Shown here piece after piece: positions 22,148 to 31,712 of a DNA stretch of 64,000 nucleotides (its first letter is position 1; every line of letters begins with the position of its first letter). The DNA is taken from the NCBI GenBank assembly GCA_036393095.1, contig DASVWS010000116.1, positions 4,793-68,792 on the forward strand, written 5' to 3'. The notes under the pieces were generated by a model. The model was not told where the DNA came from. It ran no database searches and saw only the letters and a list, made by a program, of their open reading frames with translations. Both the position numbers and the translations under genes were made by a program. The DNA is from Gemmatimonadaceae bacterium. Its GTDB lineage: Bacteria; Gemmatimonadota; Gemmatimonadetes; Gemmatimonadales; Gemmatimonadaceae.

Positions 22148-23197
22148 ATGACGAACCCCCATCCCGACTTCCTCGCCGTTTCCGAGTCGCGGCGAAGCGC
22201 CATCCGGCGCCTGGCCGCGGCACTCGTGCCCGGCCAGCGCATCGCGCTCACGACGCACATCAACGCCGACGGCGACGGCTGCGGCTCCGAGGTCGCGATG
22301 GCCCACCTGCTCGCGCAGCGGGGCCTCGCGGTCCGCATCGTCAACCCCACGCCGTGGCCGGGGCTGTTCGGGTTCCTGCTCGACGCCGGGATCGCGGACG
22401 ATTCGCCGCGTGGCGTGGCCGCCCTGGCAGACATCGACCTGCTGCTCGTCCTCGACATCAACGAGGTGAGCCGCCTGGGCCAGCTCGGCGACGCCGTGCG
22501 CGCGCTGCACGTTCCCCGCCTGGTCATCGACCATCACGTGCCGCGCGCCGATCAGGCGGGCGACGTCGTGTTCTCCGATACGGGCGCGTGCGCCACGGGC
22601 GAGCTGGTGTATGATTTCGCGCGCGAACTCGCGCTCGACGTCACCCCGCCGATCGCGCGCGCGCTGTACACCGCGATCCTCACCGACACGGGCGGCTTCC
22701 GGTTCAGCAACACGTCGCCGCGCGCGCATGCGATCGCCGCCGCCCTCCTCGCCGCGGGCGTCAACCAGGAGGAGATCTACCGGCGCGTCTATGCGTCGGC
22801 CCCCGTGGGCCGCATCCGCCTGCTCGCCGAGGTGCTGCAGTCGCTCGGCGTCGACGAATCCCTGGGGCTGTCGTGGCTCTCGATGCGGGCCGGCGCGCTG
22901 AGCGAGTACGGTGTGCGCCAGGAGGACCTGGACGGCATCGTGGAGCACGCCCGCTCGATCGACGGCACGAAGCTCGCGATCTTCTTCCGCGACCTCGGCT
23001 TCGACCGCGTGAAGGTGAGCTTCCGCAGCACCTCGGCGTTCGACGCCAACGTGTTCGCGCGGCGATTCGGCGGCGGGGGGCACGCCCGCGCCGCCGGCGC
23101 GCTCATTGCGGGCTCGCTCGATCGCGTCCGCGAGCGGGTGCTCGCCGATGCCCGTGCCGAGCTGGGCGCGCTTGGAAAGCCTCCCGGCACTCCGTAG
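22148..23197 (+). CDS. nrnA: DHH/DHHA1 phosphoesterase (NrnA-like oligoribonuclease/pAp phosphatase)
   Basis: HINADGDGCGSE (DHH motifs I/II), VIDHH and a C-terminal GGGGHARAAG (DHHA1 GGGH). Start at ATG 22148, after the terminator. Confidence 0.75.
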   Translation: MTNPHPDFLAVSESRRSAIRRLAAALVPGQRIALTTHINADGDGCGSEVAMAHLLAQRGLAVRIVNPTPWPGLFGFLLDAGIADDSPRGVAALADIDLLLVLDINEVSRLGQLGDAVRALHVPRLVIDHHVPRADQAGDVVFSDTGACATGELVYDFARELALDVTPPIARALYTAILTDTGGFRFSNTSPRAHAIAAALLAAGVNQEEIYRRVYASAPVGRIRLLAEVLQSLGVDESLGLSWLSMRAGALSEYGVRQEDLDGIVEHARSIDGTKLAIFFRDLGFDRVKVSFRSTSAFDANVFARRFGGGGHARAAGALIAGSLDRVRERVLADARAELGALGKPPGTP

Positions 23198-23207
23198 TTT
23201 CCGAGAC

Positions 23208-24314
23208 ATGACCGAGACTCTCAATCAGCGCCTGGCAACCGCGCTTTCGAAGATTCGCAATCCGCGCACCGGGCACGACGTGATGTCGGACGACATGGTG
23301 CGCGACGTCGCGACGACGACCGACGGCAAGGTGCGGCTCACGCTGCTCCTGGCAGCCGACGATCCGGCGACGCTCGTGCGCGACGTGCGCATCGCGCTGG
23401 AACGCGTGGAAGGGGTGTCGGAGGTCCGCGTGGACGTGAAGGACGCGGCCCAGGCCGCTGCGGCCGCGCCGAAGTCGCGCGCCCTCCCGGTGATGGACGA
23501 CCGCCCCGCCGCGCCGCGTCCCAGCGCGCCCACGCCGGTCGCGTATCCGCACCTGGGCCGCATCATCGCCGTGTCGAGCGGCAAGGGCGGCGTGGGGAAG
23601 TCCACCGTGGCCACGAACCTCGCCGTGGCGCTGGCGAAATCCGGCGCCCGCGTGGGACTCATGGACGCCGACATCTACGGACCGAACATCCCGCGGATGA
23701 TGGGGGTGGACGCGCCACCCGCCGTCGTCAACGAGAAGATCGTGCCGCTCGAGGCGTTCGGCGTGAAGGTGATGTCGCTCGGCTTCATGATCGACCGCGA
23801 CCAGCCCGCCATCTGGCGCGGCCCGATCGTGATGAAGATCATCACGCAGTTCCTGCGCGACGTGGCCTGGGGCGAGCTCGACTATTTCATCGTCGACATG
23901 CCGCCGGGCACGGGCGATGCGCAGCTCTCGCTGGTGCAGGCCACGATGGTGAACGGCGCGGTGATCGTCACCACGCCGCAGGAAATGTCCACCGGCGACG
24001 CGCTGCGCGGCGTGCGGATGTTCCAGCGCGTGGGCGTGCCGGTGCTCGGCATCGTCGAGAACATGAGCTGGTTCGAGTGCCCGCATTGCGGCAAACCGAC
24101 GCCGATCTTCGGCTCGGGGGGCGGCGAGCGGCTGGCGAAGGAAACCGAGCTGCCGTTGCTCGGCCAGATTCCGCTCTATCCGCGCGTGCTCGAGGGGGCG
24201 GAGGTCGGGCAGCCGATCGTCGTCGCCGACGCGGGCTCGCCGGCCGCCCGGGCACTGGTCGCGGTGTCCGAGCGGATGGCGGAAGCCGCACGGGAGCTGG
24301 CCGCCGCGCGATGA
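23208..24314 (+). CDS. apbC: Mrp/NBP35 family Fe-S cluster carrier ATPase
   Basis: Deviant Walker A SSGKGGVGKSTVA, CPHCGKPTPIF (CxxC) and an N-terminal DUF59-like segment. Start at ATG 23208. Confidence 0.85.
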   Translation: MTETLNQRLATALSKIRNPRTGHDVMSDDMVRDVATTTDGKVRLTLLLAADDPATLVRDVRIALERVEGVSEVRVDVKDAAQAAAAAPKSRALPVMDDRPAAPRPSAPTPVAYPHLGRIIAVSSGKGGVGKSTVATNLAVALAKSGARVGLMDADIYGPNIPRMMGVDAPPAVVNEKIVPLEAFGVKVMSLGFMIDRDQPAIWRGPIVMKIITQFLRDVAWGELDYFIVDMPPGTGDAQLSLVQATMVNGAVIVTTPQEMSTGDALRGVRMFQRVGVPVLGIVENMSWFECPHCGKPTPIFGSGGGERLAKETELPLLGQIPLYPRVLEGAEVGQPIVVADAGSPAARALVAVSERMAEAARELAAAR

Positions 24315-24370
24315 TCCACGACCGATGCGACGCGGCCGCCGTGCCCGGAACGGGCATTCCGGGGTAACGC

Positions 24371-25123
24371 GTGGCGCGCGTCCCGGTCACTCTCCTCACC
24401 GACTTCGGCACTGCCGACGGCTACGTGGCGGAGATGAAGGGTGTGCTGATGACCGGGGCGCCGGAGGCCACACTCGTCGACATTTCCCATGACGTTCCGC
24501 CGCAGGACGTCGACGCCGCGCGGCTGGCGCTCGCGCGCTACTGGAAGCGCTTTCCCGAGGGCACGATTCACGTGGTCGTGGTGGATCCCGGCGTGGGCAC
24601 CGCGCGCGCCGCGATTGCCGTCGAGAGCCAGCGCCGCTTCCTGATCGGCCCCGACAACGGCGTGCTGTCGCCGGCGCTCCTCGCGCCCGGAGTCCGCGTC
24701 GTGCGGCTGGCCGAGCCGCCCGGCGCATCGCACACCTTCCATGGGCGCGACGTCTTTGCGCCCGCGGCCGTCCACCTCGTGCTCGGGCGCCCGTTCGATG
24801 CCCTCGGCGAACCCGTCACCGACGCCGTGATCCGCCGGACCCCCGAGGCGCACCGCGCGCCCGACGGCTCGGTGCACGGACAGGTGGTGGCCATCGACCG
24901 GTTCGGGAACTGTATCACGAATCTGGTCGGCGTGCGCGGGGGAGCAGTCGAGATCGGCGGGCGAACGCTGCCCGTGCGGCGAGTCTACGCGGACGTGGCG
25001 CCGGGCGAGCCGCTGGCGCTGGTGGGCTCGTCAGGGCTGCTCGAGATCGCGGTGCGCGACGGCAGTGCGGCAGCGCACCTGGGCATCGTGCGCGGCGCGC
25101 CCGTCACGCACCGTACAGGCTGA
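24371..25123 (+). CDS. SAM hydroxide adenosyltransferase / chlorinase-fluorinase family (DUF62)
   Basis: LLTDFGTADGYVAEMKGV, VVVDPGVGT, FHGRDVFAP and IDRFGN motifs. Confidence 0.7.
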   Translation: MARVPVTLLTDFGTADGYVAEMKGVLMTGAPEATLVDISHDVPPQDVDAARLALARYWKRFPEGTIHVVVVDPGVGTARAAIAVESQRRFLIGPDNGVLSPALLAPGVRVVRLAEPPGASHTFHGRDVFAPAAVHLVLGRPFDALGEPVTDAVIRRTPEAHRAPDGSVHGQVVAIDRFGNCITNLVGVRGGAVEIGGRTLPVRRVYADVAPGEPLALVGSSGLLEIAVRDGSAAAHLGIVRGAPVTHRTG

Positions 25124-25126
25124 GGC

Positions 25127-25996
25127 TCAGGGCTGGGCGGCCGAGCTGATGCGCTCGATGGCGATCCCGCCGAACGTGGTCTGCACGTGCACGCGCAGGT
25201 GGTACCTGGCCGAGTCCCAGTTGTCCGAGTAGTACGAGCCGTCGCGCTTCACCAGGCCGTCGTTGTCGAACGATGTCAGGAAGCGCTGCATGTCGAGCTG
25301 CACGCCGACGTCGTCGGGGATGCGCAGGGTCACCTTGCCGAGGGTGACCTGCACGTTCGCGTCCATGTCGCCGGTCCACGTGCCGCCGAAGCCGAGGGTC
25401 AGCGCTCCCACGCCGCCGTGCACGTTGACGGTAGACGCGTTGGCGTTCGCCAGATTGGTGGCCGCGAAGCTGGCGGCCCCGACGTCCACCGTGATGGCGC
25501 CCAGGCGGGCGCGGTTGGGGCTGCTGAAGTCGACGGTCTCGTCGGCGGCGCCCGATTCGATGTGCAGTCCGCGCAGCGTGAGGCCGCCCAGGTCCACACG
25601 GGCCTCGGTGGCGCCGAGCGAGAGGGTGAGATCCATGGGCACGGTGGGCGCCAGCATCAGCCGCATGGCCGCATTGTTCCCGTCATCGGATTGATGGTGG
25701 ATCCAGTGCGAGCCGTCGGCGGCGTCCTTCAAGCCGATGTCGAGCGTGCCGGCGGTGGCGTCGAAGCGGTGCAGCGGCGTGGCGGAGTTCTCGTCGTAAC
25801 GGAGCTCCATGGAATAGAGCACGGGCGTGTTCGCGCCGCGCAGGTCGAACCGGCCGGCGCCGTACTGCACGTGCACGTGCAGCTCGGTGGTGTCGCGCAG
25901 CTGACGCGACACGTCGAGGGTGCGCCAGCTCTGGGCACCGGCGATCGACGGGAGCGCGCCGGCCAGCGCTGCCAGGGCGAGGGAGCGGTAGTTCAT
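25127..25996 (-). CDS. Secreted beta-rich protein, toastrack/LiaF-C/DUF4097-like
   Basis: Distal 289 codons of ORF 25127..26650, starting MNYRSLALAALAGALPSIAGAQS. Repeated short beta-strand patterns (VDLGGLTLRGLHIESGA, ITVDVGAASFAATNL, VNVHGGVGALTLGFGG, VQVTLGKVTLRIP). GGGAGGA Shine-Dalgarno sequence. The ATG overlaps the upstream stop (ATGA). Confidence 0.45.
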   Translation of the reverse strand: MNYRSLALAALAGALPSIAGAQSWRTLDVSRQLRDTTELHVHVQYGAGRFDLRGANTPVLYSMELRYDENSATPLHRFDATAGTLDIGLKDAADGSHWIHHQSDDGNNAAMRLMLAPTVPMDLTLSLGATEARVDLGGLTLRGLHIESGAADETVDFSSPNRARLGAITVDVGAASFAATNLANANASTVNVHGGVGALTLGFGGTWTGDMDANVQVTLGKVTLRIPDDVGVQLDMQRFLTSFDNDGLVKRDGSYYSDNWDSARYHLRVHVQTTFGGIAIERISSAAQP

Positions 25997-27129
25997 CGAT
26001 CCTCCCGAGCCTGGGTGACGGGGCGCCGGGCCGCGCTGACGCCGGCCACCGGCGTGGGCGTCTGCCATGCGAGCGGCTGGCTGCCGGTGGAGGTGAGCGC
26101 CGAGTCCTTTGCGTGCTCGTGCTGCGTTCCGGCGCGCGAGAGCACCGCGGCGCCCAGTCCGGCGGTGAGCGCCACCCAGGTGACCGCCAGGGCTACGGCC
26201 CGCATCACGGGCTGCGCCGCCGGGAGCCAGGTGAACGCCGCTACGACGAGCCAGATGCCGAGGTAGAACACGAGCCCGGTGAACACGGCCTGCAGAGTCA
26301 CGCTTCGCGCCGACGCGGTTGCATCGGCGCGGAAGAAGGCGCGTCCGGTGAAGCGGGCCACGGCGAGAAAGCCGAGCGCGAGGAGTCCGGCGACCGCGAT
26401 GATGTACGCCACGATCGCGAACGGAATGAGCAGAATGCCGATGACGGTGATCGCCAGTGCGACCACGGCCACGATGAGCAGCGGGAGGAGTCCGAACTCG
26501 GCGAGCAGCCCCACCCAGAAGGCGCGGGCGAGGTGCCGTTCCAGCACGGCGACCACGCCGTCGAGGTTGCGTTCGGCGAACATCATGACCCCGATGCCGA
26601 TGATCGCGAGCACGAGGAACCAGGCGAGCACCAGCTTCATCGCGCCCCACGTGGTGAGCGGCGCAGCGGCCGGGGCCGCCGCGGGGCCTGCCGTGAGATC
26701 GCTGAGCGACCGCATCTCACCGTAGACGTTCCCGCCATCGAGGCGGACGTGGCCGCCGATGGAGACCGCATCGCCGTCCACGACGCCGCCCTGGTGCACC
26801 ACGACGTCGCCCCGCAGGGCGATGGCGTTGCCCGTGACGTGGCCGCTGATCTCGAGCGGTCCGCTGGCCGCCGCCACGGTTCCGTCGATCGTGGTGCCGG
26901 CCGCGATCGTGCGGCCGCCCAGCGCGAAGCTGTCGGCCGGGGGAACGTGGGGCAGGTCCACCGAGTGCGCGATGCGGCCGATGTCCTTGCGGAGCTGCTG
27001 GTCGAGTTTGGGTGCCGGGCTCTGCACCTGAGCCCTGGTGGGCGGCGGCGCGGGGGGCGCGGATTGGGCGTGGGCAGCCGCGGCGACCGCGAGTGCGGCG
27101 AGCGCCAGACCCAGCGGGAGGGTGCGCAT
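25993..27129 (-). CDS. Membrane protein with periplasmic bactofilin-like (polymer-forming, beta-helical) repeat region and multi-TM C-terminal half
   Basis: Signal peptide MRTLPLGLALAALAVAAAAHAQ. G-x-V/I repeats (TIDGTVAAASGPLEISGHVTGNAIALRGDVVVHQGGVVDGDAVSIGGHVRLDGGNVYGEM), then ~6 hydrophobic helices. Confidence 0.45.
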   Translation of the reverse strand: MRTLPLGLALAALAVAAAAHAQSAPPAPPPTRAQVQSPAPKLDQQLRKDIGRIAHSVDLPHVPPADSFALGGRTIAAGTTIDGTVAAASGPLEISGHVTGNAIALRGDVVVHQGGVVDGDAVSIGGHVRLDGGNVYGEMRSLSDLTAGPAAAPAAAPLTTWGAMKLVLAWFLVLAIIGIGVMMFAERNLDGVVAVLERHLARAFWVGLLAEFGLLPLLIVAVVALAITVIGILLIPFAIVAYIIAVAGLLALGFLAVARFTGRAFFRADATASARSVTLQAVFTGLVFYLGIWLVVAAFTWLPAAQPVMRAVALAVTWVALTAGLGAAVLSRAGTQHEHAKDSALTSTGSQPLAWQTPTPVAGVSAARRPVTQAREDR

Positions 27130-27132
27130 GGC

Positions 27133-27720
27133 TCAACCCCTCCGGCGAGCGGCGGTGGCGATGGCCCTGAGGCCGAACGCCGACGCCGTGGCGGCCACGA
27201 GGAACCCGCCGGCGACCGCTGCGAGTCCCATCAGCCCGCCATGCTGGAGGGTGTCCATGACCGCCGGCCCGAACAGCGTGACCGCCCCGTCGCGCACGAC
27301 CTGCGCGGCGGTGCCGCGCAGGTGGGTGCCCGCGGCCTCGGTGACGAAGCCGACCACGTCGCCGCGGCTGGCCAGCCATACGGTGCCTGCCGTGAGCAGG
27401 GCGCCGATCCCGCCCATGAGCCCGACGGCGGCCACGCGGCCGGCCTGCGACCGGGGCAGCCAGCGCCCGGCGGTGTCCCGGGCCGCCACGTGCCAGGGCA
27501 CGAAGACCGGCACCTGGGCCATGACCTTGTCGGCCAGGGCGTAGGACGGCGCGAGGTGGGGAAGATCTTCCAGGGCGGCCGCCACCAGCCGCGCGTCTTC
27601 GAACTGGGCACGGCACTGCGCGCAGCCCTGCACGTGCTCGCGCAGGGGCGCGACGCCGAATCCCACTTCGTCGTCGAGCAGCAGGTCGAATTCTTCTGGG
27701 AGCAGATGGCGGTGATTCAC
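27133..27720 (-). CDS. Anti-sigma factor (zf-HC2 type) with TM segments
   Basis: REHVQGCAQCRAQ is the H-x3-C-x2-C motif. Hydrophobic helices occur in the C-terminal half. It is directly downstream of the ECF sigma gene. Confidence 0.65.
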   Translation of the reverse strand: MNHRHLLPEEFDLLLDDEVGFGVAPLREHVQGCAQCRAQFEDARLVAAALEDLPHLAPSYALADKVMAQVPVFVPWHVAARDTAGRWLPRSQAGRVAAVGLMGGIGALLTAGTVWLASRGDVVGFVTEAAGTHLRGTAAQVVRDGAVTLFGPAVMDTLQHGGLMGLAAVAGGFLVAATASAFGLRAIATAARRRG

Positions 27721-27796
27721 GGAGCCTCCGGGTTTTCCTACGGCCGGCCGGGATAGCCGGTTTCAGGGGAAGCGAGGATGGTGCAGGTGATCGGTC

Positions 27797-28399
27797 TCAC
27801 TGTTTCAGATGTTCCAGCAGTCCGCGGAGCTCGTGCCGGGCGCGGTGGATGTACGTCTTGACGGTACCGAGGGGCAGGTCGAGCGTGGCGGCGATCTCCT
27901 CGTACGACTTGTCCTCGACGTGGCGCAGGAGAATGCAGGCCCGGTACTCGGGCCGGAGTCTGGCGATGGCGCTTTCGATGGCCGATCCCAGCTCCCTGGC
28001 TTCCAACCGGTCCAGGGCGGACTCGTCGTGGGCCGAGACGTCGAACGACGTGGCCTCGACGGCTTCGGCGGTCACGGCGTGCGGCGACCCGTCCATGCTC
28101 ACCGTATCGAGCTGGCGGCGCCGCAGGTGGTCGATGGCGACGTTGTTGGCGATCTTGAACAGCCAGCTCGAGAACTTGAATTCGGGGCGGTAGCGGTCGA
28201 TGTGCTGGAGGACCTTGATGAAGGAGTCCTGCGTCAGGTCCTCGGCCAGCTCGCGGTCGCGCACCATGCGAAAGACGAGCGAGAACACGGGCCGCTCGTA
28301 GCGCCGGATGAGTTCCCGATATGCGGCTTCGCGCCCTCGCTGAGCGAGCGCGACGACGTCGGCGTCCGGAAGGTTGGCGAGGTCGAGAGCTGGGGGCAT
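27797..28399 (-). CDS. ECF-type RNA polymerase sigma-70 family factor
   Basis: 200 aa. Region 2 (DLTQDSFIKVLQHIDRY, FSSWLFKIANNVAIDHLRR) and region 4 (SYEEIAATLDLPLGTVKTYIHRAR). Confidence 0.85.
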   Translation of the reverse strand: MPPALDLANLPDADVVALAQRGREAAYRELIRRYERPVFSLVFRMVRDRELAEDLTQDSFIKVLQHIDRYRPEFKFSSWLFKIANNVAIDHLRRRQLDTVSMDGSPHAVTAEAVEATSFDVSAHDESALDRLEARELGSAIESAIARLRPEYRACILLRHVEDKSYEEIAATLDLPLGTVKTYIHRARHELRGLLEHLKQ

Positions 28400-28524
28400 C
28401 GAGCGAGCAGGGCCGGCGATCGCGGTGCGCGCCGCGCGGATCCAGGTGCAACCTACGCGGCGCGCCCCCGGCGAGCCAGCGCCGTTCGCTTGCCGCCGCT
28501 GCGCCGCCCGGCGAACTTTGACGG

Positions 28525-29274
28525 ATGCCCGTGAACCAGCTGGAAGCCGCGGAAGCGGAGGCCGCCGCCCGTTGGGGTGACGAGAAGCGCGCCTACGTGC
28601 AGCGGATCTTCTCGCAGATCGCGCCGCGGTACGATCTGCTCAATCATCTGCTGAGCTTCAACGTGGACCGGCGGTGGCGCCGCCGGGCGATCGCGGCGCT
28701 GAACGTGCCGCGCGCGCCGGCCGGGCAGTATCTCGACCTCTGCGCGGGCACCCTCGACGTATCGGCGCAGCTGGCGCGCACGGCGGGGTTTCGCGGCGCC
28801 GTCGTCGGGGCCGATTTCGCGGAGCCGATGCTGCGCGCGGGCGCCGGCAAGTCGTCGCCGGACGTGGTGCGTGCCGTGGCGGCCGATGCGCTGCACCTGC
28901 CGCTGGCCGACGCGTCGATGGCGGGGGCGATCGTGGCCTTCGGCATTCGCAACCTGGCCGATCTGGACGCCGGCCTGCGCGAGGTGCACCGCGTGCTCGC
29001 GCCGGGCGCACGGTTCGTGATCCTGGAATTCTCGACTCCGCCGTCGGCGGTGGTGCGCGCGGCGTACCACGCGTACTTCCATCACGTGCTGCCGTTCGTG
29101 GGCGGGCTGGTGAGCGGCCACGGCACGGCCTATCGCTACCTCCCGCGGTCGGTGGCCAACTTTCCGCCGGCCGACGCGCTCGCGGACCGCATGACGCGCG
29201 CCGGATTCGCCGGCGTGCGGTGGCAGCCGCTCACCTTCGGCATCGCGGCGCTCCACGTCGGAGAGAAGGCGTGA
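28525..29274 (+). CDS. ubiE: Demethylmenaquinone/ubiquinone C-methyltransferase
   Basis: YVQRIFSQIAPRYDLLNHLLSFNVDRRWRR and the SAM motif YLDLCAGT are typical of UbiE/MenG. Confidence 0.85.
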   Translation: MPVNQLEAAEAEAAARWGDEKRAYVQRIFSQIAPRYDLLNHLLSFNVDRRWRRRAIAALNVPRAPAGQYLDLCAGTLDVSAQLARTAGFRGAVVGADFAEPMLRAGAGKSSPDVVRAVAADALHLPLADASMAGAIVAFGIRNLADLDAGLREVHRVLAPGARFVILEFSTPPSAVVRAAYHAYFHHVLPFVGGLVSGHGTAYRYLPRSVANFPPADALADRMTRAGFAGVRWQPLTFGIAALHVGEKA

Positions 29275-29302
29275 TGCGCCGGTTCCCTTCTTCCCTCGCT
29301 CC

Positions 29303-30784
29303 GTGACGTTCGATTCCCTGTCGGCCTTCGTCGAGGCGCTCGACCGCGCCGGCGAACTGGCGCGCATTGCGCAGCCGGTATCGGTGGACCGCGAGCTGTG
29401 CGAGATCGCGGACCGGGCCATGAAGCGGCCCGGCGGCGGTCCGGCGCTGCTGTTCGAGCAGCCGGTGCTGATGAACGGAACGCCGTCGGCGTATCCCGTC
29501 GGCATCAACCTGTTCGGGTCGATGCGGCGCATGGCGATGGCGCTGGGCGTCGACGACCTCGACGCGATCGGCGCCCGCATCACCGAGCTGCTCGAGATGA
29601 AGGTTCCCGAGGGATTCGTGGCGAAGCTGTCGCTGCTCCCGCGGCTGCTGGAGCTTTCGAAATTTCCGCCGCGGGCGCACGCGGGCACGGCGCCCTGCCA
29701 CGAGGTGGTCTGGCGGGGGAACGACGTGGACCTCGACCGGCTGCCGCTGCTCAAGTGCTGGCCGGACGATGGGGGCGCCTACCTCACCTTCCCGATGGTG
29801 ATCACGCGCGATCCCAGGCGCGGGATCCGCAACGTCGGCATGTACCGGGTGATGCAGACGGGGCGGAGCACGCTGGCGATGCACTGGCAGCGCCACAAAG
29901 TGGGCGCGGCGCACTGGCGGGAGATGGCCGAGCGCGGCGAGACGATGCCGGTGTGCATCGCCCTGGGGGGCGACCCGCCGTCCATGTATTCCGCCAGCGC
30001 GCCGCTGCCGCCGACCGTCGACGAATTCCTGTTCGCCGGCTTCGTGCGCCGCGACCACGTGCGGCTCACGAAGGCGGTGACGAACGATCTCGAGGTGCCG
30101 GCCGAAGCCGATTTCGTGATCGAGGGATACATCGATCCCGCGGAGCCGCTGGTGCGCGAGGGGCCGTTCGGCGACCACACCGGCTTCTACTCGCTGGCCG
30201 ATGCGTACCCGCAGGTGCACGTCACCGCGATCACGATGCGGCGCCGTCCGGTCTTCCCGGCCACGATCGTCGGCCGTCCGCCGATGGAGGACTACTACCT
30301 CGGCCACGCCACGGAGCGGATCTTCCTGCCGCTGCTCAAGCTGACGGTGCCCGAGATCGTGGATTACCACATGCCCGCCGAGGGGATCTTTCACAATCTC
30401 GTATTCGTGTCCATCGACAAGCATCATCCCGGGCAGGCGCAGAAGGTGATGAATGCGCTGTGGGGGCAGGGGCTGATGTCGCTGGCCAAGGTGCTCGTGG
30501 TGGTGGACCGGTGGGTGGACGTGCAGGACCCGCAGCAGGCGTGGTGGGTGGCGCTGAACAATCTGGATCCGGAGCGCGACGCGCGATTCACGATGGGGCC
30601 CGTGGACGTGCTGGACCACTCGAGCCGCACGTTCACCTATGGGTCAAAGATGGGACTCGACGGCACGCGCAAGCTGCCGGAGGAAGGGTTCACGCGCGAT
30701 TGGCCGAAGGTGATCGAGATGGACGCCGGCACGAAGCGGAAGGTGGACGCGATGTGGGACCGGCTGGGGCTGCCGTGGCGATGA
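29303..30784 (+). CDS. UbiD-family decarboxylase (menaquinone biosynthesis decarboxylase, MqnL/SCO4490-like)
   Basis: 493 aa. UbiD-like motifs (GPALLFEQP, RNVGMYRVM, EGPFGDHTGFY). Clustered with UbiA-like and UbiX genes. Confidence 0.8.
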   Translation: MTFDSLSAFVEALDRAGELARIAQPVSVDRELCEIADRAMKRPGGGPALLFEQPVLMNGTPSAYPVGINLFGSMRRMAMALGVDDLDAIGARITELLEMKVPEGFVAKLSLLPRLLELSKFPPRAHAGTAPCHEVVWRGNDVDLDRLPLLKCWPDDGGAYLTFPMVITRDPRRGIRNVGMYRVMQTGRSTLAMHWQRHKVGAAHWREMAERGETMPVCIALGGDPPSMYSASAPLPPTVDEFLFAGFVRRDHVRLTKAVTNDLEVPAEADFVIEGYIDPAEPLVREGPFGDHTGFYSLADAYPQVHVTAITMRRRPVFPATIVGRPPMEDYYLGHATERIFLPLLKLTVPEIVDYHMPAEGIFHNLVFVSIDKHHPGQAQKVMNALWGQGLMSLAKVLVVVDRWVDVQDPQQAWWVALNNLDPERDARFTMGPVDVLDHSSRTFTYGSKMGLDGTRKLPEEGFTRDWPKVIEMDAGTKRKVDAMWDRLGLPWR

Positions 30785-31710
30785 GCGCGCGCGAGGGACA
30801 GACCTTCGCCCACCGCGGGTCGCGCGTGATCGCCTACGTGAACCTGGTGAAGCTGCCCCACACCGTGTTCGCGCTGCCGTTCGCGCTGGTGGGGGTGATT
30901 CTGGCGTCGTACCGGCGGACGCTCCACCTCGAGCAGGTGCTCTGGGTGGTGGTGGCGTTCACGGCGGCCCGCTTCGCGGCGATGGCGTTCAATCGCATCG
31001 CAGACCGCGAATACGACGCGCGCAATCCGCGCACGGCGATGCGCGAGATTCCGCGCGGGATCGTGAGCGTGCGCGAGGCGTGGGCGTCGGTGGTCGTGGC
31101 GTCGGCGCTGTTCGTCTTCGCGGCGTCGCGGCTCAACGCGCTGTGCTTCGCGCTGTCGCCGGTGGCGCTGCTCTGGGTGTTCTTCTACAGCCACACGAAG
31201 CGATTCACCCGGTGGGCGCACCTGGTGCTGGGCGTGGGGACGGCGATCGCGCCCGTGGGAGGATATCTGGCCGTCACCGGCGCGTGGAGCCGCCCCTGGT
31301 GGATGCTCGTGGCGCTGGCCGTGGCCGTGATGACGTGGGTGGGCGGCTTCGACGTGTTCTACTCGCTGGCCGACGTGGAATTCGACCGCGCGAATGCGCT
31401 GCACTCCCTGCCCAGCCGCGTGGGCGAGGCGCGGGCCATCCGGATCGCGCACGTGCTGCACGCCGTGACGGTGCTCGCGCTCGCGGCGGTGGGACTGGCC
31501 ACGCACGGCGGCGTGCTGTACTGGGTGGGCGTGGCGCTGGCGGGGACGATCCTGGCTTACGAGCACTCGCTGGTGCGGGCCGACGACCTGTCGAAGCTCG
31601 ATGCGGCGTTCTTCTCGATGAACGGAATGCTCAGCCTGGCGTTCTTCTTCTTCGTGCTCGTGGAGCGCGTCCGGCCGCTGCTGATGCTGGGCCTGGCGGG
31701 AGGGCGCTGA
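30781..31710 (+). CDS. UbiA-family aromatic prenyltransferase (MqnP/SCO4491-like)
   Basis: Distal 309 codons of ORF 29398..31710, starting MSAREGQTF. NRIADREYD (Asp-rich motif 1) and ~8 TM helices. The ATG overlaps the UbiD stop (ATGA). Confidence 0.8.
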   Translation: MSAREGQTFAHRGSRVIAYVNLVKLPHTVFALPFALVGVILASYRRTLHLEQVLWVVVAFTAARFAAMAFNRIADREYDARNPRTAMREIPRGIVSVREAWASVVVASALFVFAASRLNALCFALSPVALLWVFFYSHTKRFTRWAHLVLGVGTAIAPVGGYLAVTGAWSRPWWMLVALAVAVMTWVGGFDVFYSLADVEFDRANALHSLPSRVGEARAIRIAHVLHAVTVLALAAVGLATHGGVLYWVGVALAGTILAYEHSLVRADDLSKLDAAFFSMNGMLSLAFFFFVLVERVRPLLMLGLAGGR

Positions 31711-31712
31711 TC

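Noticed and set aside
28400-28524. Autoregulated ECF promoter (GAAC-N16-17-CGT type) upstream of the sigma gene
   Set aside because: A GAAC is present, but the nearest CGT lies about 26 nt away. No acceptable spacing was found.
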